Source of the DNA: Carcharhinus amblyrhynchos | Lineage: Eukaryota | Assembly (NCBI GenBank): GCA_965287045.1 | Contig: OZ336881.1 | Span: forward strand, 45,694,001 to 45,758,000 | Reading direction: 5' to 3' | Length of the DNA stretch: 64,000 bases | In this document: positions 37,240 to 50,092 of the stretch, piece after piece | How the letters are laid out: every line of letters starts with the position of its first letter | Position numbering within the stretch: position 1 is the first letter of the stretch | Position numbers and translations under genes: made by a program | Notes under the pieces: generated by a model | The model's input: only the letters and a program-made list of their open reading frames with translations | The model's database searches: none | Told to the model about the DNA's origin: nothing

Positions 37240-37930
37240 TAAGGTTTGCCATGTTCTTTCGAGAGGCTGATGCTTCAAAAGTGGAACCTTAATTTCTGTC
37301 TGTTTCACAATTTCAGGTAAATATTTGTTCACTTCCAATCTTTTTAAAGCATATTACCCTTTTCATTCTACTCTCGTGAGTTCAGTAGCTTTGTTTCAGA
37401 GTTAATTGCAAATTCCTTCTTCAAGCTTAACAACTTCAGCTAAGCATTCAGTTCCTTTTGGAGGCTTTATTACAGTGTCACTAACTGCTCTTTAAACTTA
37501 TTCAATTCACTTGTTAGATCCTCACTCTGTTTCTTAGAAATTTCCTTATCTGCTTTTAAAGTCTCAATTTGCTCTTCCAGATTGTGCATCACATATTTCA
37601 TATTCTTCAGATTGGATAAAAGTTCAATAATTTCATTGCTCTTTTCATGATGCAGTTCCAATATTTCAGCAATATTGTTCTGAATCATCAATTCTTTTTC
37701 CTATTCCAGGCATTTTTCACAACGATAGGTACTTCTGATACTTGAAGTTTATCTGGTTCTAAATTTTAATTTTCTGTATGTGAATATTGGTTCTTCATGC
37801 TGAGTAGTTTTCCCATTAGCAAACCCTAATTCTTGTGTGTTATCCTTCAACTCACATTCTTTAATTTGACTTCTGCTAATTGTTTCAAAGATGATTCACG
37901 TTCCTTTGTAAAAACTTTTACTTATCCTTT
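37240..37930 (-). pseudogene. TPR: Intronless, decayed TPR (nucleoprotein TPR) N-terminal coiled-coil fragment
   Basis: EKCLE*EKEL..HEKSNEIIELLSNLKNMKYVMHNLEEQIETLK..EDLTSELNKFKEQ..LQKELNA*LKLLSL and EVNKYLPEIVKQTEIKVPLLKHQ align by recall to TPR [64 protein letters not shown] and [23 protein letters not shown]. Confidence 0.8.
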
Positions 37931-37959
37931 CAACCATTCAACTTTTTCTTGACATTTGC

Positions 37960-39170
37960 AGTTATGATTTTCATTTCAACCAGATCATTTTTCAGCAACT
38001 CATTGATTCAGGATGTTTGTGCTATCCAGTTTTTTTTTCTTCCAGTTCTTCAAGCTTTAACACGCGCTTTACATTTTTCAATATTATTTCTGTCTTTCAT
38101 TTCTCTGCCTGTCGGTTTATCCTTGCCTTTCAGTTTGGTTTTTGGTTTCACTCTTAGCCAGATCTATCTCACTTGAAGTTTTGGCTTGTTTTAATTCTGT
38201 AATTGTGCTAATCCTGGCTTCATTGTTGGCTCTCAAGTGAAAAGTTTTACAAATTTTCTTTTCATCGCTTCTCCTTTTCCATGCAGCTGTTATTTTTCTG
38301 ATCTTCAGTCTCTTTCTTGTACATCTGGTTTCCTCCTGGAACATTGTTGAGTCTTCTCTGCCAACTGGTTCATCAATTCTTTCAGAGTGATATTAAATTT
38401 ATTTGTTCTCTTATAATTTTCCGAGGCACAAACTTAGACTATGAGGATCCAGAGAAGATTCTTCAACAGGGAAGCTCAATTGGTTTAAACTTGAGTTTTC
38501 TTGTAAATCAACAGAGTCTCCTTGAATTTGTTCTGTTGTTCTTCCTGCTGCTCAAGATGCTCTTCACTTCTTTGTGCTGCAGAATGCCTTTTGCATTTTG
38601 TTTGAAGGAAATTTAGCTGCTTACTTCCTTGTTCGTCTTTCGCCAACTCACACTATGCTTCAGTGCATTGCATTATGATACTGATAGTTCTAATACAGCT
38701 TTTTCTGAAGTAGTATTAAACATCATTTTTTTCTAGGGCTACGTATTGATTCTTCATTGAGCCCTCAGGGCAACTATGTCTTTGAGTATCTTTTCTGCCT
38801 GCTGTTGTGCTTGGCTGTACTTGGCTGAACTTTTCAATGTGCGTTTTGATTTTTCGACAATTGAATTCAAAGTTTGTATTTCCTCCTTGTACTTTTCTGG
38901 AGATGCGTAATAATTCTGCTTTGATTCAGATTTTCACTTACTCCAATCTTCCCAGTATTCAATCTTACTTTCTTCATTTTATCTTCACAAAGATTATTGT
39001 TCAGTTCACAAAGAGCTTGGTTCCTTGAAGACTTTAGTTTATTGTGTTCATTGTTTGTAACCAGTCTTGATCTTCAAATTCAGCTTTGATACTGTTTCAT
39101 TTCTTCTTCCTTTTTCTTTCAGCAGGGTTTGTTTATTTTGGGTTACATCAGAGAGTTTCCTTTCAGATAT
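37960..39170 (-). pseudogene. Decayed UACA-family (UACA/RAI14/ANKRD24) coiled-coil fragment
   Basis: ERKLSDVTQ; YASPEKYKEEIQTLNSIV...ALRAQ.KNQYVALEK; KFNITLKELMNQLAEKTQQC; LKQAKTSSEIDLAK. These resemble recalled UACA VPPEKHEKEIIALKS..NQYVP, KFKATEKELKDQLSEQTQKY and LKKLETREVVDLSK. Confidence 0.62.
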
Positions 39171-39255
39171 AGGATATAGTGACATGGGAGATAGTCCAAA
39201 ACAGATTCACCAGAGGAATGAAAGGATTATCTTATCAAGCGATACTAATTAGTCT

Positions 39256-39715
39256 GGTCTGTATCCCTTGGAGTTTAGAAAAGTAAGGGTGTCCTTAATG
39301 AAAGATATAAGATCCTGAGGAGGTTTGACAGTGTAGGTGGTGAGATGTTTTCATTACTGGGAGAGTCTTGAACAAGGGGACATATCTACATGTGAGATGT
39401 TTTCATTACTGGGAGAGTCTTGAACAAGGGGACATACCTACAAAATAAAGGGCCAGCCATTTAACACTGAGGTGTGTAGAAATTTCTTCTCACGGAAGGT
39501 GGTGAATCTCTGGAATTCTCTGCCCCAAAAGATGTCTGGATCATTATCGAAGGTGGAGGTGAATAAATATTTGCTTGATCAAGCAATAAAGGGTTAAGGG
39601 GAAATGACATAGAAAAGTAGTTGAGGCCGGCATAGATCAGCTATGATTGTATTGAATGACAGGGCAGCCTTGAAGGGCCAAATGGCCTACTCCTGCTTCT
39701 ATTTCCTATGTTCTT
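39256..39715 (+). mobile_element. CR1 LINE 3' fragment with an internal tandem duplication of about 45 bp
   Basis: NFFSRKVVNLWNSLP motif; gagatgttttcattactgggagagtcttgaacaaggggacata occurs twice (about 39343 and 39394). Confidence 0.85.
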
Positions 39716-40084
39716 CATTCACAGCCAGCTGCTTGCTCTATACTGCCACCTGTTGTTGCAGTTCAGTTAATGTCTCAGGATTTTCAAAAATGATGGGGGG
39801 GATTCTCTGGGTACATTAGCTCCTATTGCAATGGCCCAAAGAATCAGGCATCAGCACAAAAATGGGTTTTGCATGGGCGCCAGAGCCAATGTGATATACT
39901 CAGCCCCACACGCTGTCCGCAATTTGATTTCCATCCAGAGTGGGTCGGAACCTAATAAATACCCAAATGGTCTCTTTACCATGTCATTAGTGGGCTTGGA
40001 GTCAATTCAATGACTTCCTGCTATGCAGCTGCTCCTCCAGTTAGATTGGCACCAGGCAGGTTTCACTACAGATCTTTTTGATTT

Positions 40085-42690
40085 AGTATCACGTGATAGT
40101 AAAGTATTGTTTCTTGCACACTATGCAGAAAAAGCATACCATTCATAGAGAAGGAAACGAGAGAGTGTAGAATGTTCTGTTACAGCCATAGCTAGGATGT
40201 AGAGAAAGATCAACTTAATGTGAGGTAAGTCCATTCAAAAGTCTGATGGCAGCAGGGAAGATGCTGTTCTTGACTCGGTTGGTACGTGATCTCAAACTCA
40301 ATGGAAGAAGGTGGAAGAGAGTATGTCCAGGTTGTGTGGGATCCCTAATTATACTGGCTGCTTTTCTGAGGCAGCAGGAAGTGTAGACAGAGTCAATGGA
40401 TGGGAGACTGGTTTGAGTGATAGACTGGGTTTCATCCATGATCCTCTAACATTTCTTGCGGTCTTGGATAGGGCAGGGGCCATACCAATACAGCTGTAAA
40501 GAATGCATTTGCACAAGCTGGTGAGAGTTGTAGCAGACATGCCAAATTTCCTTAGTCTCCTGAGAAAGTAGAGGCATTTCACATGGAGGGACCAGGACAG
40601 GTTATTGGTGATCTGGACAGCTAAAAACTTGAAGTGCTCTCCCATTTTTACTTCATCCCCACTAATGTAGACAGGGGCATGCCCTCCATTATGCTTCCTG
40701 ATGACTATCTCCTTTTTGTTGACATTGAGGGAGAGATTATTGTCATCGCACCAGTTCACCAGATTCGCTATCTCATTCCTGTGCTATGTCTCGTCATTGT
40801 TTGAGATCTGACCCACTACAATGCTGTCATCAGCAACTTGAAAATCGAATTGGAGGGGAATTTAGCTACATAGTCAAAGGTGTATATGAAATATAGTAAG
40901 GGGCTGAGGACATAGCCTTGCAGAGCACCGGTGTTCAGGATGATTGTGGAGAGGAATTGTTGCCTATCCTTACTGACTGCGGTCTGTAGGTTAGGAAGTC
41001 TAGGATCCAGTTGCAGAGTGAGGAGCCAATTCCCAGGCCATGAAGTTTGGAGATGAGTCTCATAGGAATAATGGTGTTAAAGGCTGAGTTGTAGGTAATG
41101 AATGGGAGTCTGACATAGATGTGTTTGTTATCCAGGTGTTCCAGGGTTGAGTGTAGGGCCAGGGAGATGGCATCTGCTATGGACCTGTTGTGGCAATAGG
41201 TGAACTGTAGTGGATCCAAGCAGTCTGTGAAGTAGGAATTGATTTGTGCATGATTAACTTTTTGAAGCACTGCATAATGATGGATGTCAGAGCCACTGGA
41301 TGATAGGCATTAAGGCACGCTGCTTGGCTTTTCTTTGGTACTGGGATGATGGTTGTCTTGTTGAAGCAGGTAGGAACCTCTGATTGTGTTCAGAGGTTGA
41401 AGATGTCTGTGAATACCCCCGCCAGCTGGTCCTTGCGGGGTCTGAATGCTTGTCAAGGTACCCCATATGGGCCCGTTACTTTCAGTGGGTCAACTTTTGA
41501 GAAAGCTGTCCTGATGTCGGCAATAGTGCGCCCGGATATAGGTTCATCCGAGGCTTATGGGGTGAAGGGCATGCTCTTGCTGACCCCTTGCTCAAAACGG
41601 ACATAAAATGTGTTGAGTTCAGTGGGTGGGGTGCATTGGAGCCAGTGATTTTACTGCCTTCACCCTGTAGCCTGTTATGCCTTGCAGACTTTGCCATAGT
41701 CAGTGGAAATCTATGTGATTAGCCTGGGATTCTAGCTTGGTCCAATTCTGCTTTTTGGCATCTTTGATCTCTGTAGATCATATCTTGCTTTCCTGTAAAG
41801 GTCAGGGTCATCTAAATTGAATGCCTCAGACTTGGATTTCAGGTGGTGATATCCCTGTTTATTCATGGTTTCTGGTTGGGAATCATGTGGATTTGCTTCT
41901 TTGGCACACAGTCTTCTAAACACTTAGTGGTGAAGTCAGTTACTGTAGCAGCATACTTGTTTAGGCTGATCACAGAGTTTTTTAAATACTGACCAGTCTA
42001 ATGATTCTAAGCAGTCCCATAGGAGATCATCCAATTCCTCAGACCGACATTGCATGGCTTTCTTTGATGGATTCTCTCGCTTCAGTTTTTGCTTATAAGC
42101 TGGGAGCAGGAGCACAGCCTTGTAGTCTAATTTTGCCAAATTGTGAGCAGGCAATAAAGCGGTAGGCACTTCTGATATTTGTGTAGGCGTGGTCTAGGAT
42201 GTTTGGACCCCTGGTAGGACAAGAGATTTTGGTGATGTCTTGAAAGGACGCTCTTGAGCTTGGTCTGACTTGAAGCCCCGACCATGATGAACTAGGCCTC
42301 GGGACGTTTCAGCTATTTGTGGCGGTGTATACGTCATCCAGCACGGTCTTCACGTTTGTGTGGGGTGAGATGTAAACTGCTATCAGGGTAACAGAGGTGA
42401 ACTCCTGCGGAATGTAGTAGGGGTTGCATTTTAGTGTCAAGTATTCTAGATCCAGGGAGCAAAAACTATCTATGTCTAGGCATCATGAAGTGTTGATTAG
42501 AAGTGGACCCCTCCACTAGTCTTGCCTGAGACCTCTGTGTGGTCCATTCAGTGGATTGAGAAGCTGTCTGGTTGTCAGGCAAAGTCCAGTGAAGAAGGAG
42601 TGAGCCATGTCTCCGTGAAACAAAACACATAATAATCCCCCAGTTCTCTTATAACAGTGAGTCTGGCTTTAAGTTCCAGTGATTTGGATA
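40085..42690 (-). mobile_element. Rex1/Babar-clade LINE (endonuclease and RT), degenerate, about 2.6 kb
   Basis: [42 protein letters not shown]; WCDDNNLSLNVNK; LYFLRRLRKFGMS; CFTETWL endonuclease motif near 42620. Confidence 0.9.
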
Positions 42691-45224
42691 TTTGCTAGGT
42701 AGGGAGGGGAGCCTTGAGACCACGTTGTTTCACTCTCACCTGCAGGTTTTCCATACTTTCTGGAGTGTCTTCACAGTCGCAGAATTGCTGTGTTGGATTC
42801 CAAGGGTCCAGGAGACACCATCAACCCCTCAGCAAAGAGGGGTATTCTCCCCCATCCCCTCACTTATCTCTGCCCTCAAGCCCCCTTCACCTTCAGACTC
42901 CCAAATAGGTCTCATTTCCTCTTTTACAAAACAGAAAACATAGACTATTAATCAGGCTTAACATGTGGTTAGGATTAGTGAAACAACTTCAGATTTATTC
43001 ACAGCTAAGGCTGTCACTGAAGGCTTTTGAAAATTAACCAACCAAAGTCTTCTCATAAACTATCACCTGAAGAGAGTGGTGGAGTCTGAGGGGGGAAGAG
43101 GAGCCTGAGTGCGAGTCTGAGGGGAAAGGAAAGCCGTGAGTGGGACACTGAGTTGGGTTGGGTCATGTCACCCTCGTGCCTATATGGTGTATGAGGAGAG
43201 GGGGGCATTATCTGTTATTTGTGAAGCAGATGACCCTTTTTGGTAAGATGTTGGTAGTGCTCCCTACCAACAGTGGAGCATTTAGTCAGTGGAGGATGGA
43301 GTTTCAATTCCATTTTTCTTTGGGGCAAGGGAGCTGGCATACAATTGTGGAGATTGGGGTGATCATTAAAAATGGTGGCATGGCCGGTGGGTCTTCCATA
43401 ATGCATAAATTAACATCATCGCCAAGTGAGAGAATCCCATCTGATAGACACTGCCAACACCAGTGGGAAACTGTCCCAATTCAGGGAATCACAGCTGGGT
43501 TTTTTTTTTAAGACTTCCACATGATTCTGTGCCTCATTGCCACAACTGTGTGGTTTGTTTGGATATTGTCTTTTTCACTTTTGTAGCTTCATCATGGTGT
43601 TTCCTATCCCTCTTTTTAAGTTGTTCCCAATCCACAACTTGAAAACTAAAACGTTTTTAATATTTTTTCAACTACGTGAGTTCAAAGTGGTAGTCTTAAC
43701 TTTCCATCCGTGGCTGTTTTCCATTCGAGGGAAGTGGAGCTTTAAATGCTTTCCTTTCTTCACAATGGCTCTGGAGTATTTTTTTTCTGTGTCTGTTCTT
43801 CCCACATTTGCAGTGTTTTGATGAAGTTATAATGCACTGGTGGGGCTGTTTTATTTTCCACATTATTAACTCTGCAGGAAACATTTAAGACATAAGGTTC
43901 AGATCACTTTGCTATTTTTAAGCCTGAGAATCAAATGGAAGATGATTTTCAGCTCTACCTGTTGTTTTAAAACCCTTTTTTTTGTCGATTTGAATTAAGC
44001 TTGGCCGCCACGTGTAATGAGGCCAGTTGTTGACCCATTGCAGCAGCTTTCCTGCAGCTGTGATCTGGATTTCTAGCCTTGGTGGATGTCCATTTTAAAA
44101 ATGTAACCTTCACCCTCTTATTGTAGTAAGCTCACCATCTTGTGATTTGGCTGGGTTTCTTGACTCTATATTCATTCAGGTTCTTATTTTTATCTACGCA
44201 GTGCATTATTCTTTTGTCATTAAGTCTTTTTTTCCTCGATCTTGCTCACCATTTTACTGATCAAGCCAGGTCTCTTGACTGTGCGCACATTCAGGCCTGA
44301 CAGTGGAGCTTGCTTAGCCAGTCTCCAGCTCTGCCTTTGACTAGGTGCCCTTCTCCCAGGTCAGTCTGCAGTTTCTTTACTTTATAAGCTTTGGGATTTT
44401 GGAGTCTTTCCAACACTGCTACCATGTTGTAATGTTGTTTGGTTTCTCACTAACTGGTCAAGAGGTTTGTATGATTGAACATAAACCACTTGTGGGAAAC
44501 CCATAACTATTTACATCTCCAAGCCCTGCATGGGTGCCATCTCTATGCTGGCTCTGTACACACAGTCTATCATCATGTGACTCTACATCAGACAGTGGGC
44601 ATTACAGTTCCAAAATCCCACATTAGCTGTGCCCTGCCTGAACACCTTAATACCACAAAAGCTCCAAAGAAAACATAAATCAATCTCCCTCTCATTTAAT
44701 TGTTAAAAGTGATGAATATCTGAGATTATTGTGCTCACAAACTTTGTGCAAGGTTAGAGGTTAGAAATTAGGAGAAAATGTATATTTATTCTCTCAAGGC
44801 TGCGGAATAGTTAAAAACCCAGTGAAAGCATTTTATTTTGCTTCAGTCAGCAGCTTTAAAGTTTCCGGGAAGTAGGCATAAATGGATCTCTTTTGCTCTG
44901 AGTATTTTATAATTTCCCGATTAAACTTGTCCAACTGTGCTGCTAGATTTATTTTCAGGCCAGTGAAGGAAGGCAGTTTTTTTTTCTCTCTGTAAATCAT
45001 GAAGCAGTGGATGTACAGCAAGTTTGTGATCGAATAATCATGCATCAAATCTGGATGGACCAGACGTTTTTTTTCTTGCTCCCGTTGCTTTTGTAACTCC
45101 TAATATAACTTTCAACCCAATGTCACTTTTGAAATTCTAGATTGTTCTGATCCTTTATATTGTTAATCCTTTTTGTCTTCTCCCAATTTTTCGTTTCCTC
45201 CAAGAAGGTGAGACTCACTGCTAC

Positions 45225-45400
45225 CGTAAGAACATAAGAAATCGGAGTAGGAGTACGTCATCCGGCCCCTCAGGCCTGCTCCAACAGTCAATAAGATCAT
45301 GGTTGATCTGATGTGACCTTGACTCCATTTTCCTATCTGTGCCCCATAATGCTTGACTCCCTTGTCAACCAAAAATCTGTTTGATTTGACCTTGAATATA
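45225..45400 (-). mobile_element. CR1 LINE 3' end
   Basis: taagaacataagaaat tail plus the CR1 3' UTR stem region. Confidence 0.7.
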
Positions 45401-47229
45401 CCCTAAGGTCTCAGATCTGGGAGTTACAGAATTCATAGAATGGAAGTGCATATTTAAAGTAATTTTTAATAAAATCAGAAAATGTTGGAAACTTTGACAT
45501 AAAGTGTCATTCATCTGAAAGGTTGGTGGAATTTAATTCAGGTAGTGGCATTCTCGCCTGCCGCTGGAAGACAGATGAGAGTTCCATGCCACTTTTCTGG
45601 GAAGTTCTGCTATATTAAAGAGCCAAATAGGCAATGAAAATGCCAGGGTTTTCTCCGGGATCTGAAATCGTATCCTCTAAGAGCTGCTGGCGAATCAGAG
45701 GCCTGCAGCTCTTCATTGGATGCAGCCACCAGGAGCATTTGAAGCTGTCTGCAATTCACCCAGCAGATGCCCAGGCCATACGTGAGTGAGGACAGAATGG
45801 GGATTGCAGGATAGAGTTCATGGGAGAGGGAATATAGAGAGCTTGGAGGCAAGGGTAAGGTGACACTCATTAGACACTCCCTTCCCAATACTGAGTCTTT
45901 TCATTGGGCACTGAGTGGCTGATAACAAGGGTGTGTCGCAGAGGCCATTACCAAACCTGAATATTCAGGTTCTTCACACTAATTGTCCATTTGAGGACCT
46001 CAGCTGTTGTTGGGAGAAGGTGAATACAAACCTCTCCGCCCAGATTTCTGTGGGAAGAGGGCTTCCCACTCCACATCCTCCACTCTGATTAACTGCCCCA
46101 ACTCCTACCACTCCCACTCTGTCCCCAGGCTTATCTTGTAGAGGGCATTAAATTCTACCCTTTTTTATTCTCGCCATACAAATTCTGCTTCCATTGTGTA
46201 TTTCCAACATTTTTTTTGTTTCCAGCATTTGTCATATTTTATATGAATGCTCAAATATTTTTAGATGGTTTAAGTTGTTCATGTTTATAATTGTTTAATT
46301 GTTTCAGTATTGGGGTTTGAACTTTGAAAAATACTTTATTAATATTACCAATTTTTCTCAAAGTGCAGCGTTACTGAACTGTTGCTCATTAGAAATGTTT
46401 ATTGTTCTAAAGCTTTCTTAGACTGATCATTCATGAGTATCAACATTGCAGTAGCTATATCAGGATTCAGCAGTAAGTGAAGATGAAGCTTTCAGTGAGG
46501 TCAGAAATGAGAGAAAAGACATTTCTCACACCTTCAACCAATCTTTTGCTGCTGACAATGTCCATGAGTCAATGAAAGATGATCCATTTACATTTCGTAA
46601 AATTCCAGTTGTAGCAAATTGAAAGTTTTGGAGAAGATTAACTTGAATGGATGGATAACTTTGTACGTCAACCGTTGATGCGTGAGGTATAGAGTGTGCT
46701 AAAGTCCGGCTGCACCACTCAACCCAAACAATGTTCCTAAACCCCAAAACTCCACTGTCGTTGTCTTTTGCTGACATGTGGTCTGATGTGGCATGTGCCA
46801 AAGCTACTTCCCTACTAGCCTTCGTAAAATAAAAATGAAACAAGCAAATTTGAATTTTCAATGTTTTACATTTTAGCCAATTGAACCGCATGCTTTCTTT
46901 TATAAGGTACACTGAAAACGTAACATGAAGGACTTGAGTATCAAACATTGCTGCATTTATGCCCAGCTTTATAAGCAGTGTATACATAATGAAGTACATC
47001 TTCCTCACTATTGTTGGATAGAGATTGTTTTATTCTGATTGTACCAACAAACCATTATTTATTTTTGCTCTTCAGGATAGGCAGCTACTTCAGTCAAAAT
47101 ACCAAATTATTTATTTCAGTACAAATTCTTCAGCAGCTTTGGAACATCAAAGATCACAGGATCCTTGCTGTAGTACTGAGGACCTGCGCTCAGAATTGCT
47201 GCAAATTTAGCTGAGCGTTCCAATATCCA

Positions 47230-48130
47230 TACAACATGAGAATCTACCCATAAAGGTAGAAAATTGCCTATGACCTGCTCATAAAAAAGCAGGACATAAC
47301 CAATCTGGCTAATTACCTCCTCATCATTCCTCTTTTAATCATCAGCAAAATGAAGCAAGGATTTATAAACAGTACTGTTTACAACACCTATGCAGAAACC
47401 AGCTGCCTACTGATAATCAATTTAGTTCTAGCGTAACCACTCTGCTCAGAATGCATTACAATCTTTATCCAAACATGGAAATAGAATTGAATTCCAGAGG
47501 TGAGGTGAGAGTGACTGCTCCTGATGTTAAGGCAGCATTTTACCAACTGGTGGCACCAAGGAACACAAGTAAGTCTGAAGTCAATGGGGATTAGAGGGCA
47601 TGGTTCTCCAGTTGCCATACCCAGCACAAAGGAAGATGATGTTGGTCACTGGCTATCATTCAAACTACAGGACATTGCTGCCAGAGTTTCTCAGGGTACA
47701 TTGAAATCCCAAATACTTTCAGGAATGGCCTCCACTTGAGTATGTGAGGTCAGAAGTGTTGATGTTCACCTCCATTCACAATTGATCAGGTAATCATGTA
47801 GTCCATGTGGACATCTAGCAAGACCTGGATAAAATTCAGGCTTGCTTGAGTTGATAAGCAGGAAATAACATTTGTGCCACCTCCTCTTGACAGTCACAAA
47901 AATTATTAATGCACTGATGGGGTAATCAATGATCAGACACTAAACTTGACCAGCAACGTAAATGATGTGGCTGCCGAAGCATGTTAGAGACTGGGTATTT
48001 TGTAGCAGGTGGCTCAAATCATGATTCTCCAAGGTTTCTTTCTCTCATCTACAAGGCACAAATTATGAGTGTGATGGAATAGTATTCACTTGCCTGGATA
48101 GATGCAGCTCCAACAACATTCAAGAAACGC
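47230..48130 (+). mobile_element. Highly degenerate non-LTR RT fragment (clade uncertain)
   Basis: NLANYL..LLIISK, RVSQG and YKAQIMSVME*YSLAW remnants. Confidence 0.6.
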
Positions 48131-49333
48131 AAGGCACAACTTGAATTGAGACTTTGGGAGAAGTTGAGATATTAGCCCATAACTTCCTCAAAGTGACAAT
48201 CACCCGCAGATTGTTGCTGTGGAGGGAATAACGTTGAAATTCCAAAGTTTTTGGCTTGTCCAAATATCCTCACTGTCCATTTAAGACAGGAGCAGCAAAG
48301 CATGCCCCAAGCTGCATCAGAATGGTGAAAAGGGAGTGTAGTCAGGGAAGATATGTGCCCTTTTTATCTCACTAGCTACTGGAGGGGATCAGGTTTTGTT
48401 AGACCAGGATGGGAGAGAGAGTGCCAGGGCAGATTTGAACTGAGAATTGTGCTCAGAGTTGCAGAGTCAAACTCAGACAAGGAGGGAAGTCAGGTTGGAC
48501 CATGCAGTGGTCAGTTGGACCAGGGAGGAGGGGCAGATGGGGTGGGGGGCATTGGAGATTGGAGTGGATCGAAAGGTGATTTGGAGGGGGGTGGGGTGGG
48601 GTGCGGTGAAGAGGGGGTTAGGGTCAGAGTTGGATCCTGACCAGTGGGCCCGGGGGATGACGTGGTGATCAAGATGGACCTGGGCAGGGGTGGGTTTGGA
48701 GTAAAACCCAGACTGCGGTGGGGGGATGTCCTGTGGGGGTGGTGTGATGACCCTAAGGGCTAGGGATATGAGGTGTATCTTGTACAGGGCCAGAAATGGA
48801 TCTTTAAAATAATCACTCTTAAATTCAAAGTGCTTTTATTTCTTCTAACTCTTTGAGTAACTTATCAGGGTAAAACCGACGGAAATATCCAAAGTCAGCA
48901 ATTTTAATTCCTTTGTTGGGTGGCTCTCAGCCCAGTGCAATTGTCCAAGGGAAGTTAGTCCTTCTGGACAATTGCCAATTAATCCCTGACATGTTAAGTG
49001 CCAAACGGGATTCCCTGGTGCATCACTGGCTTATCCCTTCCTCTCAACCTCAAATGTGATGCTAGTGTCAGGAAAGTATGGGCCATCAGCAAGAGAGTAG
49101 AGCAGAATGGAGCTATTAACAGCTTACAAGGAGAGCATGAGGCCTGGGAAGCTGAGTGGGGCCATCCACACAGAGAGGAAGTCTTTTGGGCAAAGTAGAG
49201 ACATTAACAGTGAGATAAGAGAGCACAGGAACTCGAGAGCTGAAAGTTAACTTGGAAACACAGTGAAAACAATTGATGGTTATATATCATTACAAGAAGT
49301 GACAAGTTTTTAATTGTGTAAATGGAACAAAGA

Positions 49334-49823
49334 AAACTACAAAACAAGAACAGTCCCTTTGGCCCTCCAAGCTCGTGCCAATCATGATGCTTTAATTAAA
49401 CTAAAGAAAACCTTCTACCCTTACTTGGTCCCATACCCACCACTCCCCCCCTGACCCCCCATTCCCTCCATATTCATGTAGCCATCCAGGTGTCTCTTAA
49501 ATGTTGGTAACATGCCTGCTTCCACCACCTCCTCTGGCACTGCATTTCTTGCATCCACCACTCTCTGCGTGAAAAACTAACCCTGCACATCTCCCTTAAA
49601 CTTTCCTCCTTGAACCTGAGCCCTCTTGTCATTGACACTTCCACCTTGGGGAAAATGACTCTGGCTATCCAGCCTGTCTATGCCTCTCATAATTTTGTAG
49701 ACCTCTATCAGGACTTCCCTCAGCCTCCATCTTTCCCGTGAATACAATCTGAGTTTATTTAACCTCTCCTCATGACCATCACCTCAAGACTAGGCAACAT
49801 CCTGGTAAATCTTCTTTGCACTC
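49334..49823 (-). mobile_element. CR1 LINE 3' fragment
   Basis: Reverse complement encodes [29 protein letters not shown]. Confidence 0.85.
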
Positions 49824-49977
49824 TTGTTGATATTAAATTCTAACAGTGCAATGAACTTAAAATAATTAAAAGCATAAACATTACATCCAACAGAAGATAA
49901 AGCGAGAGAAAGTTGTTTGCATGGTGCTGCTTGAATGCCTGAGTCATTTTCCCCCCCTTCTTATTTGGAAACTGTAT

Positions 49978-50092
49978 GTGGAGATGTTGGCATTGGACTG
50001 GGGTTGGCACAGTAAGAAGCCTCACAAAACCAGGTTAAAGTCTAACAGGTTTATTTGGTATAATGAGCTTTCAGAGCTCTGGTCCTTCATCA
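49978..50092 (-). mobile_element. Penelope terminal-repeat fragment with a broken hammerhead
   Basis: Same family as 10762 and 30561; the core reads AUGAUGA...UGAAAGCU on the minus strand. Confidence 0.7.

Noticed and set aside
35650-39170. UACA-TPR segment as cargo of the adjacent Harbinger element
   Set aside because: A TAA plus TIR-like start at 36997-37000 lies between them, which places the chimera outside that element. Not fully excluded without other copies.
46430-47008. 160-aa minus-strand ORF and an acidic plus-strand frame
   Set aside because: No recognisable domain or splice signals; cannot be supported as coding.
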